A DNA stretch of 64,000 nt from Guillardia theta CCMP2712 (GCF_000315625.1 NW_005434622.1:73506-137505); one strand, 5' to 3'; positions 13,323-27,145 are shown, numbered from the stretch's first letter. The notes: generated by a model not told the origin, from the letters alone. Translations and numbers: made by a program.

Positions 13323-16300
13323 ATGCCAGGAGGCATTCGTCCAAGCTCCGCGCTGCCTGCTCACAGGCAGAACGAGCTCGGACCAGCCCAGGATGTGCTG
13401 AAGGGGAGGAGACCTGTATCGGCAGGGTACAGGCAAAGCAATCATCTGTTCAACCTCACCCGACCAAAGTCAGCGGCTCCCAGCTTCTTCGGACAAGTTG
13501 TGTACGCTGAGGACGACGGCTTGAAGCCTCCTCGCTCCTCCAGCGGAGTCTTCGGCTCATGGCAGGGCAAGAAGTTTGTGTACGTCGAGCACCAAGGAGC
13601 AGAAAGGAGCTCGTTGGAAGGGATACAGAAGAACAGCTTGTTTGCTGTCAGTGAGGAAGGAAGTTTGAACGTGAAGGGGTTTCAACGGAGGACGACGAGC
13701 CGTCTGAGCAAGACTGACCGGTCCTCTCTCCTCAAGAAGATCCGAGTGAACAACCTGGTAGGAGCAGAGCAGCAGCTCACGACAGGAAGCTCCAGCGCTT
13801 TCGTTCCTCGGCTGAGGCCGCGGTCAGCTGGAGGGAGCAACTTGCAGGGCATGGGAGAGGAGCGTGGGTACGATCCTCTCTCCTCCAGGTTGAAATCCCC
13901 CCAGTCATCGCCGAGACGAGCGACCCCAAGGGATCGCCGAGCTCATCCTCGCAGCGGGCAGCTGCTGGCTGACCTGAACCTGGCGAGCATGGCGGAGTCG
14001 GACGTTGTGTACGAGCTGCTGATAGAGCCTGTCGGCACCTCCCTCAGCGTCGACGGAGAGTTTGTGCTTGCTCGGCTCGAGCAGGCGGGGAGGCGCCAAG
14101 TTTTGTGACGATTCCTTCCCTCCCACGGAAGTTTCTATCTTGGGGGAGGAGGGGAGCCAAGTGCAAGACGAGCAGGAGCAGGAGAGGAAGCAGCAGCTGG
14201 CGGATCAGATCCACGGGTGGTTTAGGCCAGAGGAGTTCGTTCCTGCTGACCAGAAGCCCATCCTCTTCGCAGCGAGCGGCGCCATGTCCAACGTGAAGCA
14301 GGGGATGCTCAAGAACTGTCACTTCCTCGGGGCTCTCTCAGTCATCGCCTGCCGGCCCGACATGGTGGAGCAGATCTTCGGGCCCCTGAAGCAGGTGGAC
14401 CCCAACGTGTCCCACTCCTACCTGCTCGACCGAGGCATCATCACCGTCCAGCTGTACAAGGACTGCGCCTGGCACGACGTGACTGTAGACACTCGCATCC
14501 CTTGTGTCATCGACCCCAGCAGCGGAGGTTTCGTCCCTGCCTTCGGCCGCTGCGTGTCCCCTGCCCAGGTATGGGTCCAGCTGTTGGAGAAAGCCTACGC
14601 GAAGCTGCACGGCTCCTACGCGGCGATCGAGACGGGGAAGATAAGCGAGGCGCTGGCAGACCTGACGGGAGGAGTGACGGAGACCATCGACACCAAGGGG
14701 AGGGAGGGGCTGGAGCGAATCAAGACAGGAAGCCTGTGGCGGCAGCTGCAGGAGGCGAAGAGCGAGGGTAAGCAGCTGCTGTTGTCTCCCGCCTCCTCCT
14801 CCTCCACTGACAAGCTTGCAGGTCACCTCCTCGCGTGCTCCTTGTCCATTAGAAACGCTCAGCCTGAGGCCCAGGGCCCCTGCGGGCTGCTGGTGAACCA
14901 CGGGTACGCCATCCTCGACGTGGAGACGATCCCGGACAACGGCTTCCGGCTCGTCAAGGTGCGAAACCCCTGGGGAACCAACAGCGGAGTATGGGACGGA
15001 GACTGGGGAGAGGACAGCGCCCTGTGGTCCATCTACCCCGAAGTCTCGAAGCATCTCGGGAGGATGCAGGAGCCAGGAGTGTTCTGGATGTCGTACGAAG
15101 ACCTTGTCGATCGGTACGAGAAGACTGAAGCACGCTCGAGCTCCTCTGAACTTGTCCTGCAGGTTCAACAAGCTCTACATCTGCCGCGTCTTCCCCCTCA
15201 ACTGGCACAACTTGTGCGTGAGAAGCGAGTGGACGCAGTCGACAGCAGGAGGAGGCGAATCGGACCCCACATGGTTTCTCAACCCTCAGTTCAGGTTGTG
15301 CGTCCCCAGCTCTTCTACCGTCGTCATCACAGTCGCTCAGTTCGACAGCAGAGTGCAAGGCAGAGAGCTAGAGCTGGTCCCTGCCGGCATCACGGTCCTC
15401 AAGGCGAAGAAGGGGTCGTTCCCGAGCCGGGTGTGGAGGGTGGAGGACGGGGTGGTGGTAGCGCAGCAGTACCCCGTGCGATCGAGAGACGTGTCATTGA
15501 CGGTGAAGTTGCATGCTGACACCTTATACTACGTCATCCCCTACACCAGCAGCACCACCAAGACCGCTCCCTTCACCCTCAGGCTCTACAGCAGCGGAGT
15601 CGTGGAGCTGCAGCGAGTACCCCCCCTTAGCAAGGTCAGTGTGCGAGGGCAGTGGACGGACAGGACGGGAGGAGGGCCCGTGGACTCTCCGACCTTCTTC
15701 AACAATCCGCAGTATGTGGTGAAGGTGGTGGAAGAGGAGAAACGACTTGAAGGAGCCTCGATGATTTCCTTTGCAAATCACGACGTCGAAGTGCTGTTGA
15801 CAAAAGCCGAGGACAACCTTGAGGCGAGCTCCTCCTCCTCGTTGGACCTCGAAGACGAGGGGCGTCGCTCCCAGCAGCCTTGTACCGTTGGCTTGTCGGT
15901 GTTGCGAGGAGAGTCAAGAGTCATTGACTTTCCCGCCAAAGAGACCATGGTTCACTCGGGAATGGAGTATGGCAGAAAAGTTGCACGAGTGCAAACAAAA
16001 TGTCGGACAAGATCGTCTTTTATCGTTATACCATGGTGAATCTGCCCTCCTCCTCCTCCTCCTCCTCCTCCTCCTCCTCCTCCTCCTCCTCCTCCTCCTC
16101 CTCCTCCGCCTCAAGTTTCTTGTTCTCCTCTTCTGACTTTCTTGCTTTCCGCCCTACTGCTCCCCTCTCTCACCAAACTCACATGCTCATGGCACGAACT
16201 TGAATGTTTTCGTCGCTTATCAGTCGACCCCCGCAGGACGACCACACCGAAAACCGACAGCTTCTTCACTCTCAACCTGTACAGGTTCTCTCTCTTGCTC

Positions 16301-17223
16301 CTCATTGAATCTTCGCTTTAAGCTCTCATCCTTCCCAACTGAAGCTGAGCTGACTATGTGCTCGCAGTGAAGGGCAGGTTCAGGTCGACAAGATCCCTGA
16401 TGTTCGCCGCCTCTCCGTCATGGGCGAATGGCGAGGACAGTCGGCAGCTGGGTCACACCTGAACACGTCCTGGAGCAGCAACCCGCAATTCTTCCTCTTC
16501 GTGCCTCCCCCTGTCTCCACCAAGCCCAACGTGAAGGTGACTCTGAGGTGAGCTCCGCTCTTCCCTCGCCATCGTCACTGACTGCTTGCTTCAAGTTACC
16601 GCGGGAACTGGGAGGCGAAGAGAGCACGAGACCCCATCGGTTGCATGATCGGCATCTACGCTCTCCAGGTAGCTGCCGACGTCAATGACGAGTCACCACT
16701 ATCTTCTCTTCTCCCCCCCCCTCCTCCTCCTCCTCGCCTCCTCCACTCTCCTCCTCACCCTTCACTCCTCGTGTCTTTCAACTCACGGCTCTGTCAGTGC
16801 CCTCAGAGCTTCATCGACCGCGAGAGAGCCTTCCCCGGCCCAGGCATCAAGCGAGAGGCGCTCGACCGGCTGACCCTCGAGAGGTTTTGCTAGCCCACTT
16901 GTTGATCGCCCGACGCTGAATGATGGCAGACCTGATTACGAACGGCGACTAGTCGACACGGTCTTCGTCCCTAACGACTCGGTGGTCGTCAACTTGGACA
17001 AGATTCGGTGAGTTTCGCTCCAGCCTCCTGCTCTGCTGACACCGTTTGAACTCTCTAGACCATCGAACAGACCTTACCTCCTTCTTCCTACCACCTACTC
17101 CAACGGAAAGTCGGGCGGGTCAGTTTCAGCTGCTTGCTGCTGTTGTTGAATGACGCCGTCTACAGCTTCACTCTCGAAGTGATCGCAAACGTTGAGATCT
17201 TTCTGTTCGAAGCCAACCAATAA
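13323..17223 (+). CDS. Calpain-family cysteine protease (CysPc) with an N-terminal extension and three tandem domain-III (CBSW/C2-like) repeats
   Basis: FCDDSFPP, QGMLKNCHFLGALS (catalytic Cys), WVQLLEKAYAKLHGSY, LADLTGG, NHGYAILDV (His), VRNPWG (Asn), GVFWMSYED. Three W..tagG...NPQF/Y repeats at about 15220, 15645 and 16420. Stop TAA at 17221-17223. Confidence 0.9.
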
Positions 17224-17808
17224 TTCTTGAACCTTTGGACAGCGCTGGTTTGACCGCATGACCTACTTTCATGATGGTGGTGCGAAAGCATGGAGAGTGC
17301 CCGGGCAGAGCGTTGGAGATCTTAAATGTAAATGTGCCATCGTAACTTACTTCTGTGACTTTAGTAAGAGTACAAATCCAAATCCTTCAACACGTCTTTG
17401 AGTTCGTGACCTTTTTTCATTTTGTACACGTGTTTATGAATCATTGAAGCGCTCTTGCCATTAACCAGACAACAACAATCCCCATTCCTCCATCGTCTTC
17501 CCATCCTCCCCTCTCTTGCACCTGACCATCCTTCTCTCCTCCCGCCATCGTCCCTCAAACATGCCTCAGCTCACCGCATGTTGGCAGGTGCAAGAGGTAC
17601 GGATGTAGAGGGCGAGATCAGCGCTTACGTCTCTCAATAAAACAAAGTGTTTTAAATTGACCCAAGTCTTGTTTTGACCCTCTCCTACCTGTGCGATTTC
17701 TTAATTCCATCTCTAATCAAAATCGACCAACACCTTTTGCCTCCCTCCTCATTACCCCCCACCCACCACCCTCTGCTCTTCGACTTCTTCGACTTGCGAC
17801 CAGCGGAA

Positions 17809-18489
17809 ATGCAGGCTGACAGCATGACCGCGAGCATGGTGAAGCCGGAAGCAGGGGAGATGAAGCCGGAAGCAGGGGAGACGAGCACAGGGAGCGCGAG
17901 AGCCAGCGCAAGCATGGCGATGGTTTGCCCCAGGAAAAGAAAAGACTGCACAGAACGATGGGATGAACCCGTCCTCCTCACTCGCGAGCTCCTAGAGAGC
18001 TACTTCGACTGGCCCTTGGCCGCGGTGTCGAAAGATTTGGGCATCTGCCAGACATCGATCAAGAAGGCTTGTAGGAAGCTTGGAATAGCGAAGTGGCCCT
18101 TCAAGTCACCGAATCCAGGGCCGAAGAGGAAACATACTAGAGTGAGCTGCAATGCTCAAGCAACATGTTCGTTTCAACCTGTGAAGATTGAGGATGAGGA
18201 GCATCTACAGTTTGTCGAGTCGAGTATTTTTACTCAGGATGAACATGAACAAGCAGGACATGATGAGTTCTATGCCTTGGACAAGTATTGTGCAAGACCG
18301 CTATTGCAGCAGACTGAGGCAGTTCCTCTCACACTCCTACTACCACAAGCCCCCGGTGAACTCACGCAGCACAGCTCAGGTGGGTGGATGAACGACATGG
18401 AGCCTGAAAACTGCTGGAAACCCATCGATAATGAAACTGAAGCAATCGTTTCCTTGGGAGAGCTGTTGTTTGTTAGCTCCGGCTTTTGA
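17809..18489 (+). CDS. RWP-RK domain transcription factor, intronless
   Basis: LTRELLESYFDWPLAAVSKDLGICQTSIKKACRKLGIAKWPFK. Confidence 0.88.
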   Translation: MQADSMTASMVKPEAGEMKPEAGETSTGSARASASMAMVCPRKRKDCTERWDEPVLLTRELLESYFDWPLAAVSKDLGICQTSIKKACRKLGIAKWPFKSPNPGPKRKHTRVSCNAQATCSFQPVKIEDEEHLQFVESSIFTQDEHEQAGHDEFYALDKYCARPLLQQTEAVPLTLLLPQAPGELTQHSSGGWMNDMEPENCWKPIDNETEAIVSLGELLFVSSGF

Positions 18490-18799
18490 CCATGTTACAC
18501 TGATCACACCTAGCATTTTCTGTGATATCTGAAATGCAAACTTTGAGAAGTGGATTCTACAACCTTTGAAATACACGACAAGGAGCTGAAACAATATAAC
18601 TGGTTTCGAATAAACAAAAAGCATCATGCCTTTCGCTCTGCGCAGTCCACCAAGTGACATGCACTCAAGTCAAATTTGTCAACTGCCAGGTTTACTGAGA
18701 ACACTTGAAAAGTGTATTGTTTGTACATTCAAGCAGCACGAGCTGCACATTGGATAGAAAGCAAATAACTATGTGATAAAGTATGATGAAACCTTTGAC

Positions 18800-19372
18800 C
18801 TACTTCAACTGTACATACGCCACTGGAGATGGTAGATGACAGTAGACTATCTCCCAAAATTTCAGCTCCTCCTGATCATCCTCCACTTCCGTAATTAGCT
18901 CCACGTCAATCTTCTTCCATGAGTTCTTAGCGTCCACCGATGCAACCTTGTTGGTGCTTTTCTTCTGAACCACGACCTCTGCCTTAGTGACAGGCTCACG
19001 TACAGGCTTAGGAGATTCTGCTGAACGAGACGTGACGCTGTTCATTTTTGCGGTCAAAATGATCGGGTGCTTTCGCTTCGGCCCTGGATTCGGTGACTTG
19101 AAGGGCCACTTCGCTATTCCAAGCTTCCTACAAGCCTTCTTGATCGACGTAGGGCAGATGCCCAACTCTTTCGACACAGAGGCCAGGGAACAATTGAAGT
19201 AGCTCTCAAGGAGCTCGCGAGTGAGGATGACGGGTTCCTCTCCGTCAGGATCTTCAACCCCTTCCATCTTTTTCCGTCGTGGGCAGACCAAGGCTGTCGG
19301 AGCCTGGTCGTCCGAGTTTGACGCTGTTGCCTCACAACTTGCTTGAACGGTGTACTCGAGTTGGTGTGCCAT
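18800..19372 (-). CDS. RWP-RK domain transcription factor, intronless paralogue convergent with the previous gene
   Basis: LTRELLESYFNCSLASVSKELGICPTSIKKACRKLGIAKWPFK. Confidence 0.88.
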   Translation of the reverse strand: MAHQLEYTVQASCEATASNSDDQAPTALVCPRRKKMEGVEDPDGEEPVILTRELLESYFNCSLASVSKELGICPTSIKKACRKLGIAKWPFKSPNPGPKRKHPIILTAKMNSVTSRSAESPKPVREPVTKAEVVVQKKSTNKVASVDAKNSWKKIDVELITEVEDDQEELKFWEIVYCHLPSPVAYVQLK

Positions 19373-20405
19373 TATGAATGGAAGAGTGCTGAGCTCTGAC
19401 GATGGCTGTGCTGAGCACCGAAGTCCAAGGAAACTCTAGTGGGCTATGAGAGGACGCCCCTGACCGTGCTGTTGCGAGGGTGGGAAGTGAGCGTAGATAA
19501 CCAGTGTGATGCCTTGGTGGATGGATAAAGGCCTTCCCCGATCTCAAAAGTACCCACCCCCTCTACTTCCACACCCCAATGTTCATGTACCCCTTCATTG
19601 GCTTTTGTAATGGGGGGTCATAGTACAGATAGAGGCCTCTACCCCCATTTTAACCCTCTAGTTGACTCCGCACCGTAAAAATATTTAAAAAATGAAAGCC
19701 AATCTTTTACCGCCCGCTACTCGATGATCCGTTGAGTATGTGGCCTTTAATAATATATCTACAAACAGTCCGAAGCGAAACAAAGACTTTTCAAAATTAC
19801 ACAGATCCCGGAGCGAAACGTTTTCATTTTTAGTAATTTCGGAGAGTATAAAACTGTCGGAGAGTATTAAAAAGCGAAACGTTGTTCTATTCGAGTCGCT
19901 TTCTGCTGTCGTTCCGAGACTCCGATCGATGAATCATTGCTGCTCCGATCCGTCGGAGTCTCGGAGGAGAAACCCTTCTAGTACCCGTCAAAAATCATGT
20001 ATGACGAACCAGTAGTGCGACCCGTATACAAGGAGTTTTTAAAGGGGACGAGGCCGTATCCTGCCGGGCGCTGACCTCGGACCCATGAGATATAGGAGCA
20101 GTTCCGGTAAAGAGGTAGGGTAGTGTTGGAAGACCGGAGGCTCCGTGGTTATTTCGGTTACTTATAATGCCCCTTGGTTCCTAGTCTTTCCCGTCACTCG
20201 GAGTGGAAACCCGGCCCGAGGACCGGGGCCCGTGTGATTGAAAATGTGATTTCAAACCAAGGAAGGCGTGTAGAGGCAGGTGTTTCTTTGAACGAGTAGC
20301 GAGATACACAACAGGCAAGGATGTGAAGTGACCGAGCTCGATTACTGACAGCTGCTTGAGTAGGTTGGACAACCTCCTTCCACTCAAACTTCTCCCTGTC
20401 GCCTC

Positions 20406-21706
20406 ATGGCGTCAAGCTCTCTGCTTCTTTCACTCCTTGTCGCCCTCCCCCTCTTCCCTCCTCTCGTCCCTGTGGAGTGCTCGATGCAGGTCCTGCTGCG
20501 CCAGGGCATTGGTTGCTATCTGATGCTGTTACTATCGAGCTGCAGGTTTTCACAGCACTCTATCAGAATTTCTCCAACATCCCAACCAGAACATGGCCTA
20601 TGGCACAGTTGAGCGTGAAAGACCTGGGGCACGTAGCGTCTGTTCAGGTTTGTACCTGCCTCGTCCACCTGCTGGTTACTGCCACATCAGGAGTGCGAGG
20701 CAGCTTTCCGAAACTACAGTGAATTCCATCCCATGTGGTAACCTTGTGACCTGTACAACCCGCTGTACGCTGAAGTCTCCTCCAGGTATTCAGACGGAGG
20801 CATTCAGGCAAGCGAGCTTTCTTTCACCAGCCGCTGATGCGCTTACCCTGTCCCAGTGCCGATCCTTCACATTCTTTGCTGCTCAGTCGGCAGATGTGAA
20901 AAGCTCTCGATGGGTACAGAGCATGTGACCTTACCATCCAATGATTCTCGTCGGTCAGGCTGGCAAGTGCTTCGCCAACACAGATGAGAAATGGGAGAGG
21001 AAGGAGGAGGTGCCTGTCAAAGATTTCCTCGAGATTCAACTGCTGACTATGATGGGGAAATGAAGGAGAATGCAGTCACCGGGAGAGTCTGCATGATCGA
21101 TGAAAGAGTCAGTGAAGGCCTGCATGCTGAATCCTCCTCCTCACCCTCCTCCTGCCCAGGTCTTACAAGATTGCTTGTTACCTGGATACACCGTTGATGG
21201 GTCCATGTCGTGTTCGGTCGACACTTCCCCATCTCAACATCCTGTTGTTCTGATACCTCTGAGCAGGCGCGTCTACCGCAGGTTTGAACCTTGCGAGGTT
21301 GATTGTTAAGGCACTGCCATCCATAATGGCGTTCTTTCAAATACAACACAAGAGAGAAAAATTGAACTTGAGGACAGGAGGACTGAGTTGTTCGATAGGC
21401 TGGTCTGAATCTGTTGCAACAAACAGCAGGAGATCTCAGATTGTTGTGTTTCTGACTGAAAGTTAATCAGACATCCAAACAAAACTGCACGCACCAGCCC
21501 ACGTGCAGGATAAGTATCTCATCCTTGACACACCAATGGAAATCACCCGAAATCGCTCGTCACACAGACGGGGAGTTTTTGGATACATGATGTAGCAAAG
21601 TGTATAGAGTAGAAGAGGAGACCCGTGCTAGCTCCCCAACCTGATGGTGGACATGTCAAGAAACGACGTCATGAAGGGCAATATGGCGTATGAAGAAGAC
21701 AGTTAG
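20406..21706 (+). CDS. Hypothetical secreted protein, multi-exon
   Basis: Signal-peptide-like start (MASSSLLLSLLVALPLFPPLVPVEC) and a series of about 50-bp introns with ctgac/ctgat branch-like motifs. No recognised domain; end uncertain. Confidence 0.45.
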
Positions 21707-21818
21707 AACGTACAGATGAAAGATAACGCAAGGCCAGGATGTACGGATGAAGGTGTTTTGGGTCAGTAGGGAGCACCAAGGTCCGGTAGGAAGCAAAAAC
21801 GTTCTTAACAACAGTCTA

Positions 21819-23551
<1,733 letters not shown>

Positions 23552-23719
23552 GAGGCTTACCCGGGGATCATGGTTGAGTCGCCCTTGCTCGTGCTCCCTT
23601 CTCCGCTGTCATCCCCTCCCATCATCGAGCCAACGGATCGCTCAGGGTAGGCCCAGTGGGTCACGCCGGGACGGCCGTGAGGCGCGGCCCGGGCCGGGTC
23701 CGAGTCCGATCTCGTCGGG

Positions 23720-23765
23720 CCCCCAAACTTAACTGATGACTAGGCCTTCACTTAACTGCGGCGCG
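23720..23765 (+). repeat. Dispersed modular repeat, copy 1 (3' modules only: cccccaaacttaactgat...ccttcacttaactgcg) in GC-rich island 23640-24030
   Basis: Matches 27223-27244 and 61744-61776. Confidence 0.8.
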
Positions 23766-24034
23766 CAGCCGCGGCCTCCCGGGCGAGAGACGACGGTCCT
23801 GGCACCGTCACGGCGGAGGCCCGGCCCGCCGGGCCCGCCGGGCCCCGGCGCGGCCGCGGTGCCTGAGGCGCGGCCGGGCGGCGGCGGCGCGAGCGGACTC
23901 CTCAGGGATCGGATCCCGGAGGCCCGGCCGGCGGCCCGGCGCGCGCCGCGCTTTCTAGTCACCATCTGAGAACTTTGCCACTGTCACAGTAAGTCCTGAA
24001 CGGACAGATGCCCCGGCATGATCGCCGGGTCCGA

Positions 24035-24236
24035 TCTTTTTACTCACTGAAAGTTAAGTTAAAAATCAGTACTAGGACAATCAGGAGAGTCGAGGAGGCT
24101 TGACCGTGCCTGACACGCAGTGTCGTGACAGGCCAAACGGCGAGAAGAGCCTAAGACAGCGAGAACCAAAATTGAAACTTTCAAACCTATTCCCTGTGGC
24201 AACTGCTGTCCCCCAAACTTAGTACTCGTAACTGAT
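24035..24236 (+). repeat. Dispersed modular repeat, copy 2 (most complete internal region)
   Basis: tctttttactcactgaaagttaagttaaaaatcagtac, then a 32-bp block (24074-24105) identical to 61711-61742, then aactgctgtcccccaaactt. Confidence 0.85.
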
Positions 24237-24317
24237 CCGTGATCATCGGATGCCATGATGTTCTCAGTCCTCAGCCCGGTCGCGACCGTCCGAGGCTGCG
24301 GCATGACCGGGCGACTA

Positions 24318-25369
24318 GGGGTTTTATGGATGTCCTTCTGAATAGCGTAGCGTAGTGTGCCCACTTTAGTTAACCTGGAGAAAGGGGTTAAGATCTAGGT
24401 TAAATCCATAGGTGACCCCAGTTCAAGACTCCAGTTATCAATTTGTACCACAACCCACTCTTTTTTTGAACTGTTAGAAATTTGTTCCACCAATGCATTC
24501 AAGTTCATGAGGTAGACATGCAATGAGGACAGAATGAAGATCGGATGCGCATGCAAAGGTCATGCTGCACTTGTATGAGGTTCCAGCATCACGTATATTG
24601 CATGATTCTCTCATGTGGTATGCCTGATGCAGTCATGCAGAACATCAACAACATGAAACGGTAGTCTTTTATTGCATGAACTTCGTCACTTCCAGCGAAT
24701 GTTCTCGATGTCTGGGTCTTCCATTTAGGATTTGCGGTTCCAATGCACGCTTTCAAGGAGCAATTCACTGGAATCTGCATAGCTTGACACACTGATTCTC
24801 AGAAAGTAGCGACGTTTGCCCGTTGCAATTTCCGCTTTACCTCTGCTTTTTCTTTAACCTATGTATGTTACTGTGAAAACGTTCTGTATGTGGCCATATG
24901 TTCAAGTAAACGATGTCATTCAGAATATCAGAGCCATTGTCCTCATTGAGCACACAACAGGGAAGCAGTCATCATCAAAATATTGCTGTTTCATTGACGT
25001 TCAACGAGCGACGAGAACCGATTATAAAGAGTCAGGGTACGCTGCTTGCATACTTGCACGAGTCTATTCTGACAGGATGGGTGTTGACGTCATGTTGTCA
25101 GTCAGATGGGGAGGCCAAGGTACACGACAAGGAGGTCGGGCGAGCATGCTCACGCCATGTTAACGCGGTGTGGAACGCCCTGTCTGGGGGCGGGTCGTCG
25201 GCTTTTACCGAGATGTCGAAACGTTGCGATTTAGCTATTCAAACGCTATTCAGGCCCTGAATAGTGACATAGGAGACTATTCAAACCCTGAATAGTGTCT
25301 GAATTCAGAGCCAAGTTAAGTAAAACTTTAGTACCTACGCTACGCAATTCAGCGCTTCCATAAAACCCC
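24318..25369. mobile_element. Non-autonomous TIR DNA transposon (about 1.05 kb) flanked by TA
   Basis: Left end TA|ggggttttatgga...ctgaatagcgtagcgtag...ttagttaacctgg. Right end ccaagttaagtaa...ctacgctacgcaattcag...tccataaaacccc|TA. These form imperfect TIRs of about 60 bp, with subterminal ctattca/tgaatag palindromes at 25234-25295. No transposase ORF. Confidence 0.75.
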
Positions 25370-25380
25370 TACTCATTCGG

Positions 25381-26843
25381 ATGTCGGCGCTTACCGTACG
25401 TCACTACTACTACCTTAAGGCTGAGTACCGGCCCATAGCCAATGGTCTGGAAGGGTGCTCTGTGGGGTACTGTCATGATCACTGTAGTGATGGAGGGGTC
25501 CTTTGCCAGGTGACCAGCCTCAGTGGGTTCCCCTGTATGCAAGAGCACAATGAGACGATGAGCATGCGGTGTCGGCACCTCAGTGATGCAGCATGCGAGC
25601 ATAAGTGGGTAAGGAGTTGGAGAGGATCAAGGCTGATGTGTTCTCTCAATGATTTCACAACTTCATTGACTTTACATAGTTTTGATTTTCTGTCCATTCT
25701 GAACAAGCTTGCCGCAGGGGAGCGTGTTCGTTGATTGTTTTTTCGATTGCCTTCGTCTTCCTCGCGGTTCAAGTGTTCTCGTCCGGGAATCCGTTAAGGT
25801 CGCTTCAGAGTGATGTCAGCATCTGGGAAAGAGAGTACTCTGGCTTCAACTTCAGCCAGGTTCTCTTACATGTTCGTAACAAGGCTTCGAGCTTTATGTT
25901 CGTGCCTTTCGTCCCACCTGACAGTCAATCGCCTGTCAAGAATTCCTCTTGGATGCCGCTCAATCGGTCAAGAAACAATGTGAGTGAAATAGATGTAAAC
26001 CATACACATCTCATCTTCAACCGATCCCTGGTTCAACCCCGCACCAATTCCTCGAAGGGCAACACCAGCATTGCATCCTTGAAAGAGATCAACAAAACCC
26101 GCACGGCCCTTCAAAACGTCTCTCAGAACATGACAGCCAGGTCAAATTATTTCAGAGGACCCTCGTTCAAGAGAGCTGCTGCAAACAACAAGGCAAATAT
26201 CCAACGCGGAGAGAAGAAACCCTCCAAGTGCCCGTATGTGCTCGTGAACTCCCAAGGAGGGGTAGGCTCTAGCTCGTTCATGGAACTGCTTCAAAGATCG
26301 CACCTTCCCATGAACTCCCCTGGGGACGCTGATGGTTTCAAGCACAAGAACGCCTATCAGTTCAAGCACGACCGCCAAGGAATACAGCTGGGTGGGCTAG
26401 GATGTGCCAAGAAAGCCATGGTGATCCTGGGAGACCCGTTGCACTCCATAGAGAGTGTGCATCGACGATTCCAAGTGGCGCATATCAACAAGTGGCGCCA
26501 AAACTCCAAGAGACGCCCATATGGCGGACGCACAGGACTTGCTGACATCTGGAAAGAGATCAGCAACGCAAAGCAAGACACTACGGGACTAACAGACTAC
26601 GTCAATAGCTGGTTGGTAGCTGGAAATGAGAACAATTGGCCAGAGCTGCGCATTGTCAACACCAAGACGTTATACAAGAATGCGACGGAGCTCGCCAAGT
26701 ATTTGGGAGTGAGGGAGCAAGACCTGAAATCCTTCAAGCAGCTCGATTACAAGCCACGTGCCTTCAAGAGCTCCGCTCCTCCTGCTGTGCAGTCCATCTT
26801 CGAACCCATCAAGTCCAAGATAGATCACTTGAAAGCTCCCTAG
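25381..26843 (+). CDS. Probable type II membrane protein with a sulfotransferase-like P-loop fold
   Basis: Probable intron 25609-25718 (gtaagg...ccgcag), TM segment (LIVFSIAFVFLAVQVF), Asn-rich glycosylated stem, then YVLVNSQGGVGSSSFMELL and AMVILGDPLHSIESVHRR resembling 5'-PSB and 3'-PB loops. Start uncertain. Confidence 0.55.
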
Positions 26844-27145
26844 CCGCATGCCCCCGATCATGCCAACTCCCTAGGTCTTCAGTTATTCGGGGATGTCGCT
26901 AATGTGATTGATACGACGATCGGATTGATACCGCGCACAGCGGCAAGTTTGGCGATCACTGATCGGATCGGATTGCAAATCGGCCACTAGATCGGACCAG
27001 CGCGTCACCAGCCTCTCGCTTGGCAGGACAGCTCAGTTGAACTGACTCAGCGGGCCGCGCACGGCCTGACACGGCCGCCGCCCGGGCCGGGCCCGGCGGG
27101 TGACTCGGACCGTCGCATCATCAAGTTATCCTGCCCGAATCTTGA

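Noticed and set aside
23640-24030. GC-rich island as rRNA spacer, tRNA or coding sequence
   Set aside because: No rRNA/tRNA conserved motifs, and the ORFs are low-complexity P/G/R/A. Treated as a promoter-associated island.
24589-25260. Short ORFs inside the TIR element as transposase remnants
   Set aside because: No DDE/DDD, HTH or zinc-finger motif recognisable.
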